A DNA stretch of 64,000 bases from an uncultured Clostridium sp. (GCA_947648905.1 CANSPP010000001.1:460114-524113), one strand, 5' to 3'. Shown: positions 10,890 through 21,161, counted from the first letter of the stretch. Program-made: numbers and translations. The notes: generated by a model from the sequence alone, not told the origin.

Positions 10890-10934
10890 GACTTAATTCG
10901 TAATTATTTATAAAATATTTATGAATTAAGTCTA
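10890..10934. promoter_or_regulatory. Paralogous promoter/operator palindrome (imperfect copy of 8006-8048)
   Basis: gacttaattcgtaattatttataaaatatttatgaattaagtc. Confidence 0.5.
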
Positions 10935-11097
10935 TTTTTGTACATAGTAAAATAAAGAACAAAGAATACTATTTGCAAAAGTGGAAATAATTTAAATAAA
11001 TAAAATAATATATTACTTATTTACATAAAATAAAAATATGTAATAAAATAAAAAACAGTAAAACAAAAGAAAAAACAAAAGAGAGGAGAAATTTTTT

Positions 11098-12270
11098 ATG
11101 CAAATAAAAAATAGAAAAACAAATAACAAAGGTATTACATTAATAGCTTTAGTAATTACAATTATAGTATTATTAATCTTAGCAGGAGTAGCAATAGCGA
11201 CGTTAACAGGAGATAATGGAGTACTAACAAAAGCAGCAAAAGCGAAACAAGAAACACAAAAAGCGACAGAAGACGAGCTAAGAAGACTAACAATGTTAAA
11301 AGCAATATCAAACATTGAAAATACAACGTATACAGAGACTAATGGAGATAAAGCAACTATTCCAGCTGGATTTGCGGTGTCACAAGTAGAAGGAGAAAAT
11401 ACAGTACAAAACGGATTAGTTATAATAGATGCTAATGGAAATGAGTTTGTATGGATACCGGTTCCAACAGCTATAGCAGAGAGTGAAGAGCAAGGAACAA
11501 TAAATAAGGCAATGGCAGTAAATTTAGGAACAGAAGAAAATCCACAATATAGGGGATTATTATATAATTTTACTGATACAGATTCAACTGTAAAAAGTGG
11601 ATGTACAACAACTACAAGTGAATTTAGAGAACCAGATATAGTAAGCAATTATGATAATGATGAACAAACATATTTAAATGATATAGGATTAACACAATCA
11701 AGTTTTCAAGCAGAGATGCAACAAGCATATAATGATATGATAAAAAGCGTAGATTTAAATCATGGATTTTATGTAGCAAGATATGAGATGAGTTTAGATG
11801 CAAATAAAAATGCACAATCGAAGAAAAATGTAACATCAACAGATGCTGCACAGACTGATACAAATAGGTGGTATGGATTATATGATAAGGCTAAAAATTA
11901 TGGATTAAAAATAGATACTACAAAAAATGTAGTAAGTAGTATGATATGGGGAAGTCAATATGATGCAATGATGAATTGGATGCATAAAGATAGTAATGTA
12001 AATGTTAATTCAACAACTCCAGTAACTGATGCAGTTAGAAATCAAGATACACAAAGAAGAACAGGATTTGTAGAAACGGATAAAATAAAAAATGTATATG
12101 ATTTATTAGGAAATAGTTACGAATGGACATTAGAGGCCTACCATTACAGCTCTCGAGTTTATCGTGGTGGCTATTACGGTAACAGCAGTTCACCAGCTAT
12201 TCGCTACAGCGACTATCCGTACTACACCTACAGCTACAATTCTTCACGTCTCACACTTTATATAAAGTAG
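11098..12270 (+). CDS. Pilin-like N-terminus + FGE-sulfatase/CLec-fold protein; putative DGR target, copy 2 (paralogue of 8219-9391)
   Basis: First ~120 codons identical to copy 1, middle diverged, same FGE motifs. C-terminal 12141-12255 is GC-rich and A-poor and differs from copy 1 mostly at A-containing positions. Confidence 0.75.
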   Translation: MQIKNRKTNNKGITLIALVITIIVLLILAGVAIATLTGDNGVLTKAAKAKQETQKATEDELRRLTMLKAISNIENTTYTETNGDKATIPAGFAVSQVEGENTVQNGLVIIDANGNEFVWIPVPTAIAESEEQGTINKAMAVNLGTEENPQYRGLLYNFTDTDSTVKSGCTTTTSEFREPDIVSNYDNDEQTYLNDIGLTQSSFQAEMQQAYNDMIKSVDLNHGFYVARYEMSLDANKNAQSKKNVTSTDAAQTDTNRWYGLYDKAKNYGLKIDTTKNVVSSMIWGSQYDAMMNWMHKDSNVNVNSTTPVTDAVRNQDTQRRTGFVETDKIKNVYDLLGNSYEWTLEAYHYSSRVYRGGYYGNSSSPAIRYSDYPYYTYSYNSSRLTLYIK

Positions 12271-12652
12271 GACTGAATGCTGTGAAAACTAAAATTAAAA
12301 CTAGTTCAAGAGTAGTTTTAAATAGTAATTGAATATAAGAACTCGGCGAATGTAATATGCCAAAGCACTTCCTGAAGGAAGTGCTTTTTTTGTGCATCTT
12401 AGCGTACAAGAAATCTTCTAAAAATAAAGAAAAAAGATGCAATATTGTTAAAGGGATATGTCCTGTTTCGCATCATTGACACTACAACAAAGATATTGGT
12501 ACTAAATTTTGAAAAATTATTGACAACAATGTAAAAATATGATAAAATTGGTAACTGTAATCCGCTTAGTCAAGGTACAAAAACATTAACAATAGGTTAA
12601 TTACCTTTATTTAAGGATTAGCGAGTATACAAATAAGGGAGGTGCATTTTAA

Positions 12653-13021
12653 ATGTACGCAATAATCGAAAGCTGTGGAAAACAATACAAAGTAGCAGAA
12701 GGAGACGTAGTATTTTTCGAAAAACTAGAAACTGAAGAAGGAAAAAAAGTAACATTTGACAAAGTAATCTTAGTTTCAGAAGAAGGAAAAGTACAAGTAG
12801 GAAATCCATATGTTAAAGGTGTAAAGGTTGAAGGAAAAGTAGTTTCTCATGGTAAAGCTAAAAAAATCATAGTATTCAAAATGAAAGCTAAAAAGAACTA
12901 CAGAAGAAAACAAGGACACAGACAACCATACACAAAAGTAGAAATCACAGGAATTAAAACAGCTGCAAAGAAAACAGCAGCAAAAGCAAAAGCTGAAGCT
13001 ACAGAAAAAGTGGAAGCATAA
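12653..13021 (+). CDS. rplU: 50S ribosomal protein L21
   Basis: [20 protein letters not shown]... Confidence 0.95.
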   Translation: MYAIIESCGKQYKVAEGDVVFFEKLETEEGKKVTFDKVILVSEEGKVQVGNPYVKGVKVEGKVVSHGKAKKIIVFKMKAKKNYRRKQGHRQPYTKVEITGIKTAAKKTAAKAKAEATEKVEA

Positions 13022-13085
13022 TTTAAAACATAGATTTTAAAAGAGAAAACATAAATAAAAACGAAACCGAAAGGAGTTGAGAAGC

Positions 13086-13346
13086 ATGGCTCATAAGAAA
13101 GGGCAAGGTAGCAGTCACAACGGTAGAGACAGTGAGTCTAAGAGACTTGGTGTCAAAAGAGCTGATGGTCAATTTGTTTTAGCAGGAAACATCCTAGTAA
13201 GACAAAGAGGAACAAAAGTACATCCAGGAACTAATGTTGGAAAAGGTAGCGATGATACATTATACGCATTAGTAGATGGAACAGTTAAATTTGAAAGAAA
13301 AGGTAGAGACAAAAAACAAGTAAGTGTTTACCCAGTAGCAGAATAA
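13086..13346 (+). CDS. rpmA: 50S ribosomal protein L27 (no N-terminal pro-peptide; no prp gene between rplU and rpmA)
   Basis: [25 protein letters not shown]...; AAGGAG RBS 10 nt upstream of ATG 13086. The ORF-table start 13077 is TTG within the RBS spacing. Confidence 0.9.
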   Translation: MAHKKGQGSSHNGRDSESKRLGVKRADGQFVLAGNILVRQRGTKVHPGTNVGKGSDDTLYALVDGTVKFERKGRDKKQVSVYPVAE

Positions 13347-13480
13347 AACAATAAAAAATCAATCTAGAAGGATTGATTTTTTTTGTGCAAAAAAGCAAGA
13401 AAATTCGTAAAAAACTTGTAGATATAAGCACTATATGATATAATCCAGAAGAAAAACAAAACCAAAAAAGAGGAAAAATA

Positions 13481-14461
13481 ATGGAAGACAAAATAGACAT
13501 TATACTTGCAACATATAACACAAAAATAGAATACCTAAAAAAGCAGATAGATAGCATATTAGCACAAACATATCAAAATATAGAATTAATTATAAGTGAT
13601 GACAATTCAAGTGAAAAAGAAGTGAGAGAAACCTTAAAAAAATATGAAGAAAAAGACGCTAGAGTAAAACTATATATACAAGAAAAAAATATAGGGTATA
13701 TAAAAAACTTCGAATTTTTGCTAGAAAAAGCAGAAGCAGAATATATAATGTTTTGTGACCATGACGATATATGGTATGAAAACAAAGTAGAAGAAAGCAT
13801 CAAAAAAATAAAAAGTGAAAATGTGGATTTAGTATATTGCAATTCAACACAAATAAATGAAAAAGATGAAGTTATAAAAAAAGATTATTTTAAATATAAA
13901 AATGTACCATTAATAAAAGGAAAGAACAAACTTGCAATATCACGTTGTATAGGAATAGGCTGTTCACAGATAATTACTAAACAAGTCAGAGATAAAATGT
14001 TGCCATTTACAGAAGAAGTAATGGCTCATGATTGGCTAGCAGCATTTATAGCAAATGAAAATAAAGGAATAAGCTATATAGAACAGCCATTGTTTGGATA
14101 TAGATTACACAATACCAATGTATTTGGCGGAAGAAACTTGGCACAAAACTTAGCAAGATGGAAAGAAGAAAACGGAAAAAATTATAAGTCATATTTGAAA
14201 TATAGAAAAGAAAAGGTAATAGACAAAGCTTATTTAGATGGGGCGAAAATGTGCAAACAATACGCTACAAGTGACGCGGATAAGGTTTTTTTAGATAAAC
14301 TGATAAATTATTATGAAAATTTGGAAAAGAGCAAATATATAAATTTACATATATGTAAGTATTTTAAATTTTTAGCAGGAAAAAATCTTTTGAAAAAGAC
14401 CATTAAAGAAATAGTAATTTTCCATTTTCCGATAATAGGTTTTTTGGAATTTATAAAGTAA
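13481..14461 (+). CDS. Glycosyltransferase family 2
   Basis: IILATYNTKIEYLKKQIDSILAQTYQNIELIISDDNSS...CDHDDIW (GT2 DxD region); promoter TTGTAG, 17 bp, TGATATAAT upstream. Confidence 0.8.
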   Translation: MEDKIDIILATYNTKIEYLKKQIDSILAQTYQNIELIISDDNSSEKEVRETLKKYEEKDARVKLYIQEKNIGYIKNFEFLLEKAEAEYIMFCDHDDIWYENKVEESIKKIKSENVDLVYCNSTQINEKDEVIKKDYFKYKNVPLIKGKNKLAISRCIGIGCSQIITKQVRDKMLPFTEEVMAHDWLAAFIANENKGISYIEQPLFGYRLHNTNVFGGRNLAQNLARWKEENGKNYKSYLKYRKEKVIDKAYLDGAKMCKQYATSDADKVFLDKLINYYENLEKSKYINLHICKYFKFLAGKNLLKKTIKEIVIFHFPIIGFLEFIK

Positions 14462-14534
14462 AGGAAGCTATTTAATTGACAAAAGAGGCAATTAAATATA
14501 GAATAAATAAGAATAAAAAAGAGTGTGAAAAATA

Positions 14535-15431
14535 ATGAAGCAAAACAATAAAAATAATGTAAAAAATGTGATTATAGTACTATTGGTGATGTTGCTAATA
14601 ATAACCGCTTTAATAACATTAGGAAAGACAAGTAAGCTAACACAATTGCAAAACAATTCAAGCAGACAAATGATGGGATATATAATAAAAACAGACAATA
14701 ACAAAATAATAGTAATAGATGGTGGACTAAAAGAAGACGCGCCAAACTTGTTAAGCAAAATAGAACAAGAAGGTGGACAAGTAGAAGCTTGGTTTCTAAC
14801 ACATCCACATATGGACCATATTGAAGCATTTCAAGAAATAGTAAAAACATCAGATATCAAAATAAATAATATCTATACGACACTAAATGAACTAAGTTGG
14901 TATGAAGAATACGAAAAAGATAGAATACCAGAAATAAAAGAATTCTTTGAAACATTAGAAACAGATAAAATAAAAAATAACATACACGAAGTAAGCTTAA
15001 ATGAAGAAATAAAAATAGACAATATAAAATGTGAAATATTAGGAATAAAAAATCCAGAAATAACAAACAATCCAATTAATAACTCAAGTATGGTTATAAA
15101 AATGAAAGTGCATAACAAAAGCATAATATTTTTAGCAGATACTGGTGTAGAAAGTGGACAAAAGTTATTAAAAAACCAAAAAGAAAAACTAAAAGCAGAT
15201 ATTCTCCAAATGGCACACCATGGACAAGGAGGAGCAGAAAAAGAGGTATATGAACAAATAAATCCTAAAATTTGTTTATGGCCAACAACGGATTGGTTAT
15301 GGGACAATGATCCAGGAACTGGATATAACACAGGAATATGGACAACAATAGAAACAAGAAATTGGATGGAAGAATTAAAAGTAACTAGAAATTATATTGA
15401 AAAAGATGGGGATATAACAATTAATATTTAA
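14535..15431 (+). CDS. Membrane-anchored MBL-fold metallo-hydrolase
   Basis: N-terminal TM helix; FLTHPHMDHIEAF (HxHxDH motif); MAHHGQGG. Confidence 0.7.
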   Translation: MKQNNKNNVKNVIIVLLVMLLIITALITLGKTSKLTQLQNNSSRQMMGYIIKTDNNKIIVIDGGLKEDAPNLLSKIEQEGGQVEAWFLTHPHMDHIEAFQEIVKTSDIKINNIYTTLNELSWYEEYEKDRIPEIKEFFETLETDKIKNNIHEVSLNEEIKIDNIKCEILGIKNPEITNNPINNSSMVIKMKVHNKSIIFLADTGVESGQKLLKNQKEKLKADILQMAHHGQGGAEKEVYEQINPKICLWPTTDWLWDNDPGTGYNTGIWTTIETRNWMEELKVTRNYIEKDGDITINI

Positions 15432-15470
15432 ACGTAAAGGAGTGAAAGTGGAATAAAACCACGATAAAAT

Positions 15471-16262
15471 ATGGAATTTATAAAAACATTATATAAAAAC
15501 AAAAAATTAGCATTTTCATTAGGAAAAAATGATTTTAAAAATAGATTTGCAAGCACAAGCTTAGGAAGCATTTGGGGCTTCTTACAACCATTTGTATTTA
15601 TGATTACATATGTAATAGTATTTCAATACATATTAAAAACGGGAAGTGCAGGAAATGACCCATATGTAGTATGGTTCTTGCCAGGAATGGCTATGTGGCA
15701 AACAATAAATGATACAGTAGTAAATGCAAGTGCATCAATTAGAACATATAGCTATCTAGTAAAAAAAGTAGTATTCCCAGTAGATATAATACCAGTTATA
15801 TCTATTATAGCAAGTAGTTTTGTTGCATTATTTTTATTTGTTGTAGCAATTGCAGTAGGAATGATATTTAAATATGTACCAAACTTTTTACAAGTAATTT
15901 ATATAATTATAGCGGCATATGCATTTTTAATTGCATTTACAAGATTTACATCAGCAGTAACAACATTAGTACCAGACTTTTCACAATTGCTAGGAATATT
16001 AATGCAATTATTTTTCTGGTTTACACCAGTTGTTTGGAACTTATCAATGTTAGAAAATCACCCTACAATACTTACAATTATGAAATGTATGCCATTTAAT
16101 TATTTGGTATCAGGATTTAGAGATGCATTTATTTCAAGCAATATAGTAACAGAAAACAACTTTATATATACAATTGTATTCTGGGTAATAACAGTAGTAA
16201 TGTTTATATGGGGAAATTATATATTTAAAAAGAACAAAAAAGACTTTGCAGACGTGTTATAA
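15471..16262 (+). CDS. ABC-2 type polysaccharide/teichoic-acid export permease (Wzm/TagG-like)
   Basis: TagG/KpsM-like N-terminus ...SLGSIWGFLQPFVFMITYVIVF; 6 TM segments. Confidence 0.8.
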   Translation: MEFIKTLYKNKKLAFSLGKNDFKNRFASTSLGSIWGFLQPFVFMITYVIVFQYILKTGSAGNDPYVVWFLPGMAMWQTINDTVVNASASIRTYSYLVKKVVFPVDIIPVISIIASSFVALFLFVVAIAVGMIFKYVPNFLQVIYIIIAAYAFLIAFTRFTSAVTTLVPDFSQLLGILMQLFFWFTPVVWNLSMLENHPTILTIMKCMPFNYLVSGFRDAFISSNIVTENNFIYTIVFWVITVVMFIWGNYIFKKNKKDFADVL

Positions 16263-16277
16263 GGAGGTAACAGCAAA

Positions 16278-17603
16278 TTGGAAAAACAAGATGAATATGT
16301 AATAGAAATAGAAAATCTAGGAAAAGAATATAAAATGTTTGACAGAAAAATGGATAGACTAGTAGAAACAATGATACCAGCAATTAATAGACACCATACA
16401 TTTAAAGCGATGGAGAACTTTAATCTAAAACTAAAAAAAGGTGAAATTTTAGGAGTACTTGGAAAAAATGGAGCTGGAAAATCCACTTTGTTAAAAATGG
16501 TAACAGGAGTTGTAACACCAACAAGTGGAACAATAAAAATAAATGGAAAAATAAGCTCATTATTGGAACTAGGAACAGCATTTAATATGGATTTAACAGG
16601 AGTTGAAAATATATATCAACATGGGCAGGTAATGGGGCTAACAAAAGAACAAATAGAAGAAAGAAAACAAGAGATTATAGATTTTGCAGATATTGGAGAC
16701 CACTTATATCAACCTGTAAAAACATATTCTTCAGGAATGTTTGCAAGACTAGCATTTGCGTGTGCAATAAATGTAGACCCAGATATTTTAATTGTAGATG
16801 AAGTGCTATCAGTTGGAGATATGGCATTCCAATTAAAATGTTTCAAAAAATTCCAACAATTTAAAGAAAAAGGAAAAACAATTCTTTTTGTAACACACAA
16901 TATATCAGATGTACTTAGAAATTGTACAAAAACAATTATTATTGATTCTGGAAAAAAGATATTTGAAGGCAATGTGAAAGATGGTGTTGAAAAATACAAA
17001 AAAATAATTGTTGGATTAGGAATAGAAAAAAATAAACAGGAAGCATTAACAGATGAACAACTTCTCGAAGAAAATGTAAACAATATATCTAGTCAAGAAG
17101 ATAAAGATAAAAATACAGAAAAACTATGGAAAGAAAATTTTACACAAAATTCTAATATGGTTGATTATGGAAATGGAAAAGCAGAAGTAATAGACTATGG
17201 AATGTTTGATGAAAATGGAAATTATGCTTTTGCAATAGAAAATGACAAAGAAATCACTTTAAAATCAAAAGTAATATTTAAAGAAGATGTTAAAGACCCA
17301 ATATTTACAATGACTCTTAAAGATTTTAAAGGATTAGAAATTTGCGGAACAAATACATTAATAGAAAAAGTAATAACAGGAAACTTCAAAAAAGGTGATA
17401 TAGCAATAGCGGAATTCACCCAAATACTTAATGTAGCTCCTGGAAAATATACATTATCTTTTAGTTGTACGCATTTTGATAATAAGGGTGAGCTAGAAGT
17501 ATTAAATAGAAAATATGATGCACTTTTAGTTGAAGTATTATCTATGAAAAATACAGTAGGATTAATGAATTTAGAATCTAAAATTACAATAACAAAAAAA
17601 TAA
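16278..17603 (+). CDS. ABC exporter ATP-binding protein (Wzt/TagH-like) with a C-terminal beta-sandwich carbohydrate-binding domain
   Basis: Walker A GKNGAGKST, signature LSVGDMAFQ, Walker B ILIVDEVL, plus a ~150 aa C-terminal extension; TTG start after AGGAGG. Confidence 0.8.
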   Translation: MEKQDEYVIEIENLGKEYKMFDRKMDRLVETMIPAINRHHTFKAMENFNLKLKKGEILGVLGKNGAGKSTLLKMVTGVVTPTSGTIKINGKISSLLELGTAFNMDLTGVENIYQHGQVMGLTKEQIEERKQEIIDFADIGDHLYQPVKTYSSGMFARLAFACAINVDPDILIVDEVLSVGDMAFQLKCFKKFQQFKEKGKTILFVTHNISDVLRNCTKTIIIDSGKKIFEGNVKDGVEKYKKIIVGLGIEKNKQEALTDEQLLEENVNNISSQEDKDKNTEKLWKENFTQNSNMVDYGNGKAEVIDYGMFDENGNYAFAIENDKEITLKSKVIFKEDVKDPIFTMTLKDFKGLEICGTNTLIEKVITGNFKKGDIAIAEFTQILNVAPGKYTLSFSCTHFDNKGELEVLNRKYDALLVEVLSMKNTVGLMNLESKITITKK

Positions 17604-17622
17604 CCAAAAAGGGGGGAGTTTT

Positions 17623-19200
17623 TTGGATAAAATACAGGAAGAAATTGAACAAAATATGGATTTTCTTAAAGAAAATTTAATTAACTGGTATCCATTTGAA
17701 CAAAATTCAAATATGCTAGAAATATCTAAAAATTGTAATCAAATAACTAAGTATTTAAATAAGATTTCAAACAAAGTAGTTACAATTCAAGATATAAACC
17801 AAGTAGAAATATCAAAAGAAGAAAAATTTGATTATATAATAATTCATAATTTAGAACAAATAGAAGAAACATTAGAAGAAATATTAAATTTTGTAAAAGA
17901 TTACAAAAAAGAAAATGGAACTATACTTATTGCAATTAGGAACAAATTGAGTTTACAAAGTTTAAATTGTACTAATATAAAAGCTGAAGAAGAGAGAAAT
18001 TTATATACAAAAAAAGAAATAGAAAAAATTTTAAACAAAGATGAAACAAAATGTTATAAATTTTATTATATATTACCAAATGAAATAATTCCTAATGCTA
18101 TTTTTACAGATAAATATTTGCCAAATTCTGAAAGTATTTTAAGAGACCTAACAATATATCCAGAAAACACTTTTGTAAAACAGGATGAAAGAGAAATATA
18201 TAGAAAAATACTAAAAGAAAATGAAGAACTATTTAAGACTTTTAGTAATGCATTTTTAATAGAAATATCTTCTAAGGCGAAAGAAAATGATATTAAATAT
18301 GTATCATTTGGAAATTCAAGAAAATCAAAATATAGACTAAAAACTATTATGAAAGAAGATGTAGTTATAAAAGAAGGGACAACAGAAGAATCACAAGAAC
18401 ATATTCAGGAGATAAGAAACAACATTGATATCTTAAAAAAATGTAATATTAACATTTTAGATAAATACGAAAACCAACATATTTTTAGTACTATAGTAAA
18501 GAATCAGAAATCATTTGATGAGCAATTAATAGAAATAGCAAAGAGAAAAGGAATGGAAGCAGTTGCAGAACAAATTGAAAGATTTAAAAATGAATTAGTA
18601 CAAAAAATGGAGATAAGTAATTCTACTGACAATACAGTATTTGACAAGTATGGCATAAATTGTGGAGAAGAAGAAAAGCAAAAACTGCATTTTGTTAAAG
18701 ATGGTGTTTTTGATTTGATTTTTCAAAACTGTTTTCTAATAGAAAATGAGTTCTATTTTTATGACCAAGAGTGGAAAGAAGAAAATATTCCATTAGAATT
18801 TATTTTATATAGAGCAATATATTACTTAGGAAATTCTAATAAAAATATTGATGTGGATTTTCTATATAGAGCTTTTGGAATAAATGAATTTATTTCAACT
18901 TTTGAAGAACTAGAAAATATACTACAAAAAAATATAAAAGATGAAGATGTTTGGAATCTTCATGTACAAAGTCAGAAAACAACAAAGAGTATTTATGAAA
19001 CAATGATACATTATAGAAATTTGCAAGCACAATTACAAAATAGAATTAATGAAATTGAAGCAGAAAAACAAAAAACAATAAATGAAAAAGATGGAGAAAT
19101 ACAAGCTTTAAAACAGCAAATATATTATATAGAACATTCAAAAAGTTGGAAAGTAACAAAACCATTAAGAAAGATTATGTTAAAACTCAACAAAAAATAA
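17623..19200 (+). CDS. Hypothetical: degenerate methyltransferase-like N-domain + long C-terminal coiled coil (WbdD-like putative chain terminator)
   Basis: C-terminus NRINEIEAEKQKTINEKDGEIQALKQQIYYIEHSKSWKVTKPLRKI is heptad-rich; sits immediately after wzm-wzt. Confidence 0.35.
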   Translation: MDKIQEEIEQNMDFLKENLINWYPFEQNSNMLEISKNCNQITKYLNKISNKVVTIQDINQVEISKEEKFDYIIIHNLEQIEETLEEILNFVKDYKKENGTILIAIRNKLSLQSLNCTNIKAEEERNLYTKKEIEKILNKDETKCYKFYYILPNEIIPNAIFTDKYLPNSESILRDLTIYPENTFVKQDEREIYRKILKENEELFKTFSNAFLIEISSKAKENDIKYVSFGNSRKSKYRLKTIMKEDVVIKEGTTEESQEHIQEIRNNIDILKKCNINILDKYENQHIFSTIVKNQKSFDEQLIEIAKRKGMEAVAEQIERFKNELVQKMEISNSTDNTVFDKYGINCGEEEKQKLHFVKDGVFDLIFQNCFLIENEFYFYDQEWKEENIPLEFILYRAIYYLGNSNKNIDVDFLYRAFGINEFISTFEELENILQKNIKDEDVWNLHVQSQKTTKSIYETMIHYRNLQAQLQNRINEIEAEKQKTINEKDGEIQALKQQIYYIEHSKSWKVTKPLRKIMLKLNKK

Positions 19201-19231
19201 ATACTATATGAAGAAGAAAGGATTGTAAAAA

Positions 19232-21136
19232 ATGTCAAGCAATAAAAGAATTAGAGATAAATTGTTTCCAGAAGGCGGAAGATTAAGAAGTTGGCTAAGA
19301 ACATTAAATAGATTTATTCACAGTATATTTAGCAAAACTTATATTAAAGAACAAATTAAAAGTATAAAAGAGAACGGCTGGAAAGCAACATTTCGTGAAA
19401 TGAAAAGATATATGGTTATGGGTACACTTGCAGAGCCAGAAAATATTTATGAAAAATGGATAGAGCTAAATGAGCCCAATAAGGAAGAATTAGATAAGCA
19501 AAGAGAAACAAAATTTGAAGTAACACCTAAAATTAGTATTATAATTCCAATGTATAATACACCAGCAAAATTTTTTGAAGAATTAGTAGACTCATTAATT
19601 AATCAAACATATTCAAATTGGGAATTATGTTTGGCTGATGGAAGCGAAGCACAAAATGAAGAATTAAAGTCTATTATAGAAAAAGATAGTAGAATTAAGT
19701 ATAACTTTTTAGGGGAAAATAAAGGAATTGCAGAAAATACAAATGCAGCTCTAAAAATGGCAACAGGAGATTATATTGGATTATTAGACCATGATGATAT
19801 TTTACCAGAATTTTCGTTGTATGAAGTAGTAAGAACAATAAATAATCATCCAGAAGCAGACTTTATCTATTCAGATGAAGATAAGTTTGAAGAAGTAGGC
19901 GGAAAAAGATATGACCCATATTTTAAATCAGATTTTGCACCAGATACATTAAGAGCAAATAATTATATTTGTCATTTTAGTATATTTAGAAAAGACTTAA
20001 TGGACAAGTTAGAAGGATTTAGAAGTGAATTTGATGGGGCTCAAGATTATGACATAATATTAAGAATGAGTGAAAATGCAAAAAATATTGTGCATATTCC
20101 AAAAATTCTATATCATTGGCGAGTACATGAACTATCTACTGCTAAAGCTGGAGCTCATGCTAAGCCATATGCATATGAAGCAGGAAAAAAAGCAGTACAA
20201 GCACATTTAGATAGAATGGGATTAAAAGGAACAGTAGAACAAGGAAAAACAATAGGAACTTATAAAGTAAATTATGAAATTATTGGAGAACCAAAAATTT
20301 CAATAATAATACCAAATAAAGATTATGTATCAACTTTAAAAGTATGTTTGAAATCTATTACAAAATTAACTACATATAAAAATTACGAAATTATAGTAGT
20401 AGAAAATAACAGCACAGAGAAAGAAACATTTAAATATTACAAGACAATAGATGGAAAAGACAATATAAAAGTTGTATATTATCCAGAAAAAGAATTTAAT
20501 TATTCATCAATAATAAATTATGGTGTTAAAAATTCAACAGGAGACTATATAATACAACTAAATAATGATACAGAATTAGTTACACCAGATTGGATACAAG
20601 AAATGTTAGGATTTGCACAAAGAGAAGATGTGGGGGCAGTTGGAGTAAAAATGTATTATCCAGATAAAACAATACAACATGCAGGAATTATTATTGGAAT
20701 TGGTGGAGTAGCAGGTCATGTATTCAAAAATATTCCATATAAAATGCATGGATATTTTTCAAAAGATTGTATGATACAAAACTTAAGTGCTGTTACAGCA
20801 GCATGTATTATGACACCAAGAAAAATTTATGATGATGTTGGATTTATGGATGAAAAATTTAAAGTAGCATTTAATGATGTTGACTTCTGTTTAAGAATTC
20901 GTGAACAAGGAAAACTTATTGTTTATAATCCATATGTAGAATTTATACATTACGAATCTAAAAGTAGAGGATATGAAGATACAGTAGAAAAACAACAAAG
21001 ATTCAAAGGAGAAATTGACCGTTTCTATGAAAAATGGCAAGGATTCTTAGATAAAGGAGATCCATATTATAATATCAATTTAAGATTAGATAATGACCAA
21101 TGTGCAATTAAAGAAGAAAAAGTAAACTATAAATAA
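19232..21136 (+). CDS. Dual-domain family-2 glycosyltransferase (two GT2 modules)
   Basis: ISIIIPMYNTPAKFFEELVDSLINQTY...LDHDD and ISIIIPNKDYVSTLKVCLKSI...NNDTE. Confidence 0.8.
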   Translation: MSSNKRIRDKLFPEGGRLRSWLRTLNRFIHSIFSKTYIKEQIKSIKENGWKATFREMKRYMVMGTLAEPENIYEKWIELNEPNKEELDKQRETKFEVTPKISIIIPMYNTPAKFFEELVDSLINQTYSNWELCLADGSEAQNEELKSIIEKDSRIKYNFLGENKGIAENTNAALKMATGDYIGLLDHDDILPEFSLYEVVRTINNHPEADFIYSDEDKFEEVGGKRYDPYFKSDFAPDTLRANNYICHFSIFRKDLMDKLEGFRSEFDGAQDYDIILRMSENAKNIVHIPKILYHWRVHELSTAKAGAHAKPYAYEAGKKAVQAHLDRMGLKGTVEQGKTIGTYKVNYEIIGEPKISIIIPNKDYVSTLKVCLKSITKLTTYKNYEIIVVENNSTEKETFKYYKTIDGKDNIKVVYYPEKEFNYSSIINYGVKNSTGDYIIQLNNDTELVTPDWIQEMLGFAQREDVGAVGVKMYYPDKTIQHAGIIIGIGGVAGHVFKNIPYKMHGYFSKDCMIQNLSAVTAACIMTPRKIYDDVGFMDEKFKVAFNDVDFCLRIREQGKLIVYNPYVEFIHYESKSRGYEDTVEKQQRFKGEIDRFYEKWQGFLDKGDPYYNINLRLDNDQCAIKEEKVNYK

Positions 21137-21161
21137 AATTACTTAAAAGGAGAAAATTACT

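Noticed and set aside
7960-12400. Search for a DGR reverse transcriptase, Avd or template repeat next to the variable regions
   Set aside because: No ORF in the window shows RT motifs (YxDD), and no second A-rich copy of the variable region was found. The DGR call therefore rests on the variable-region signature alone.
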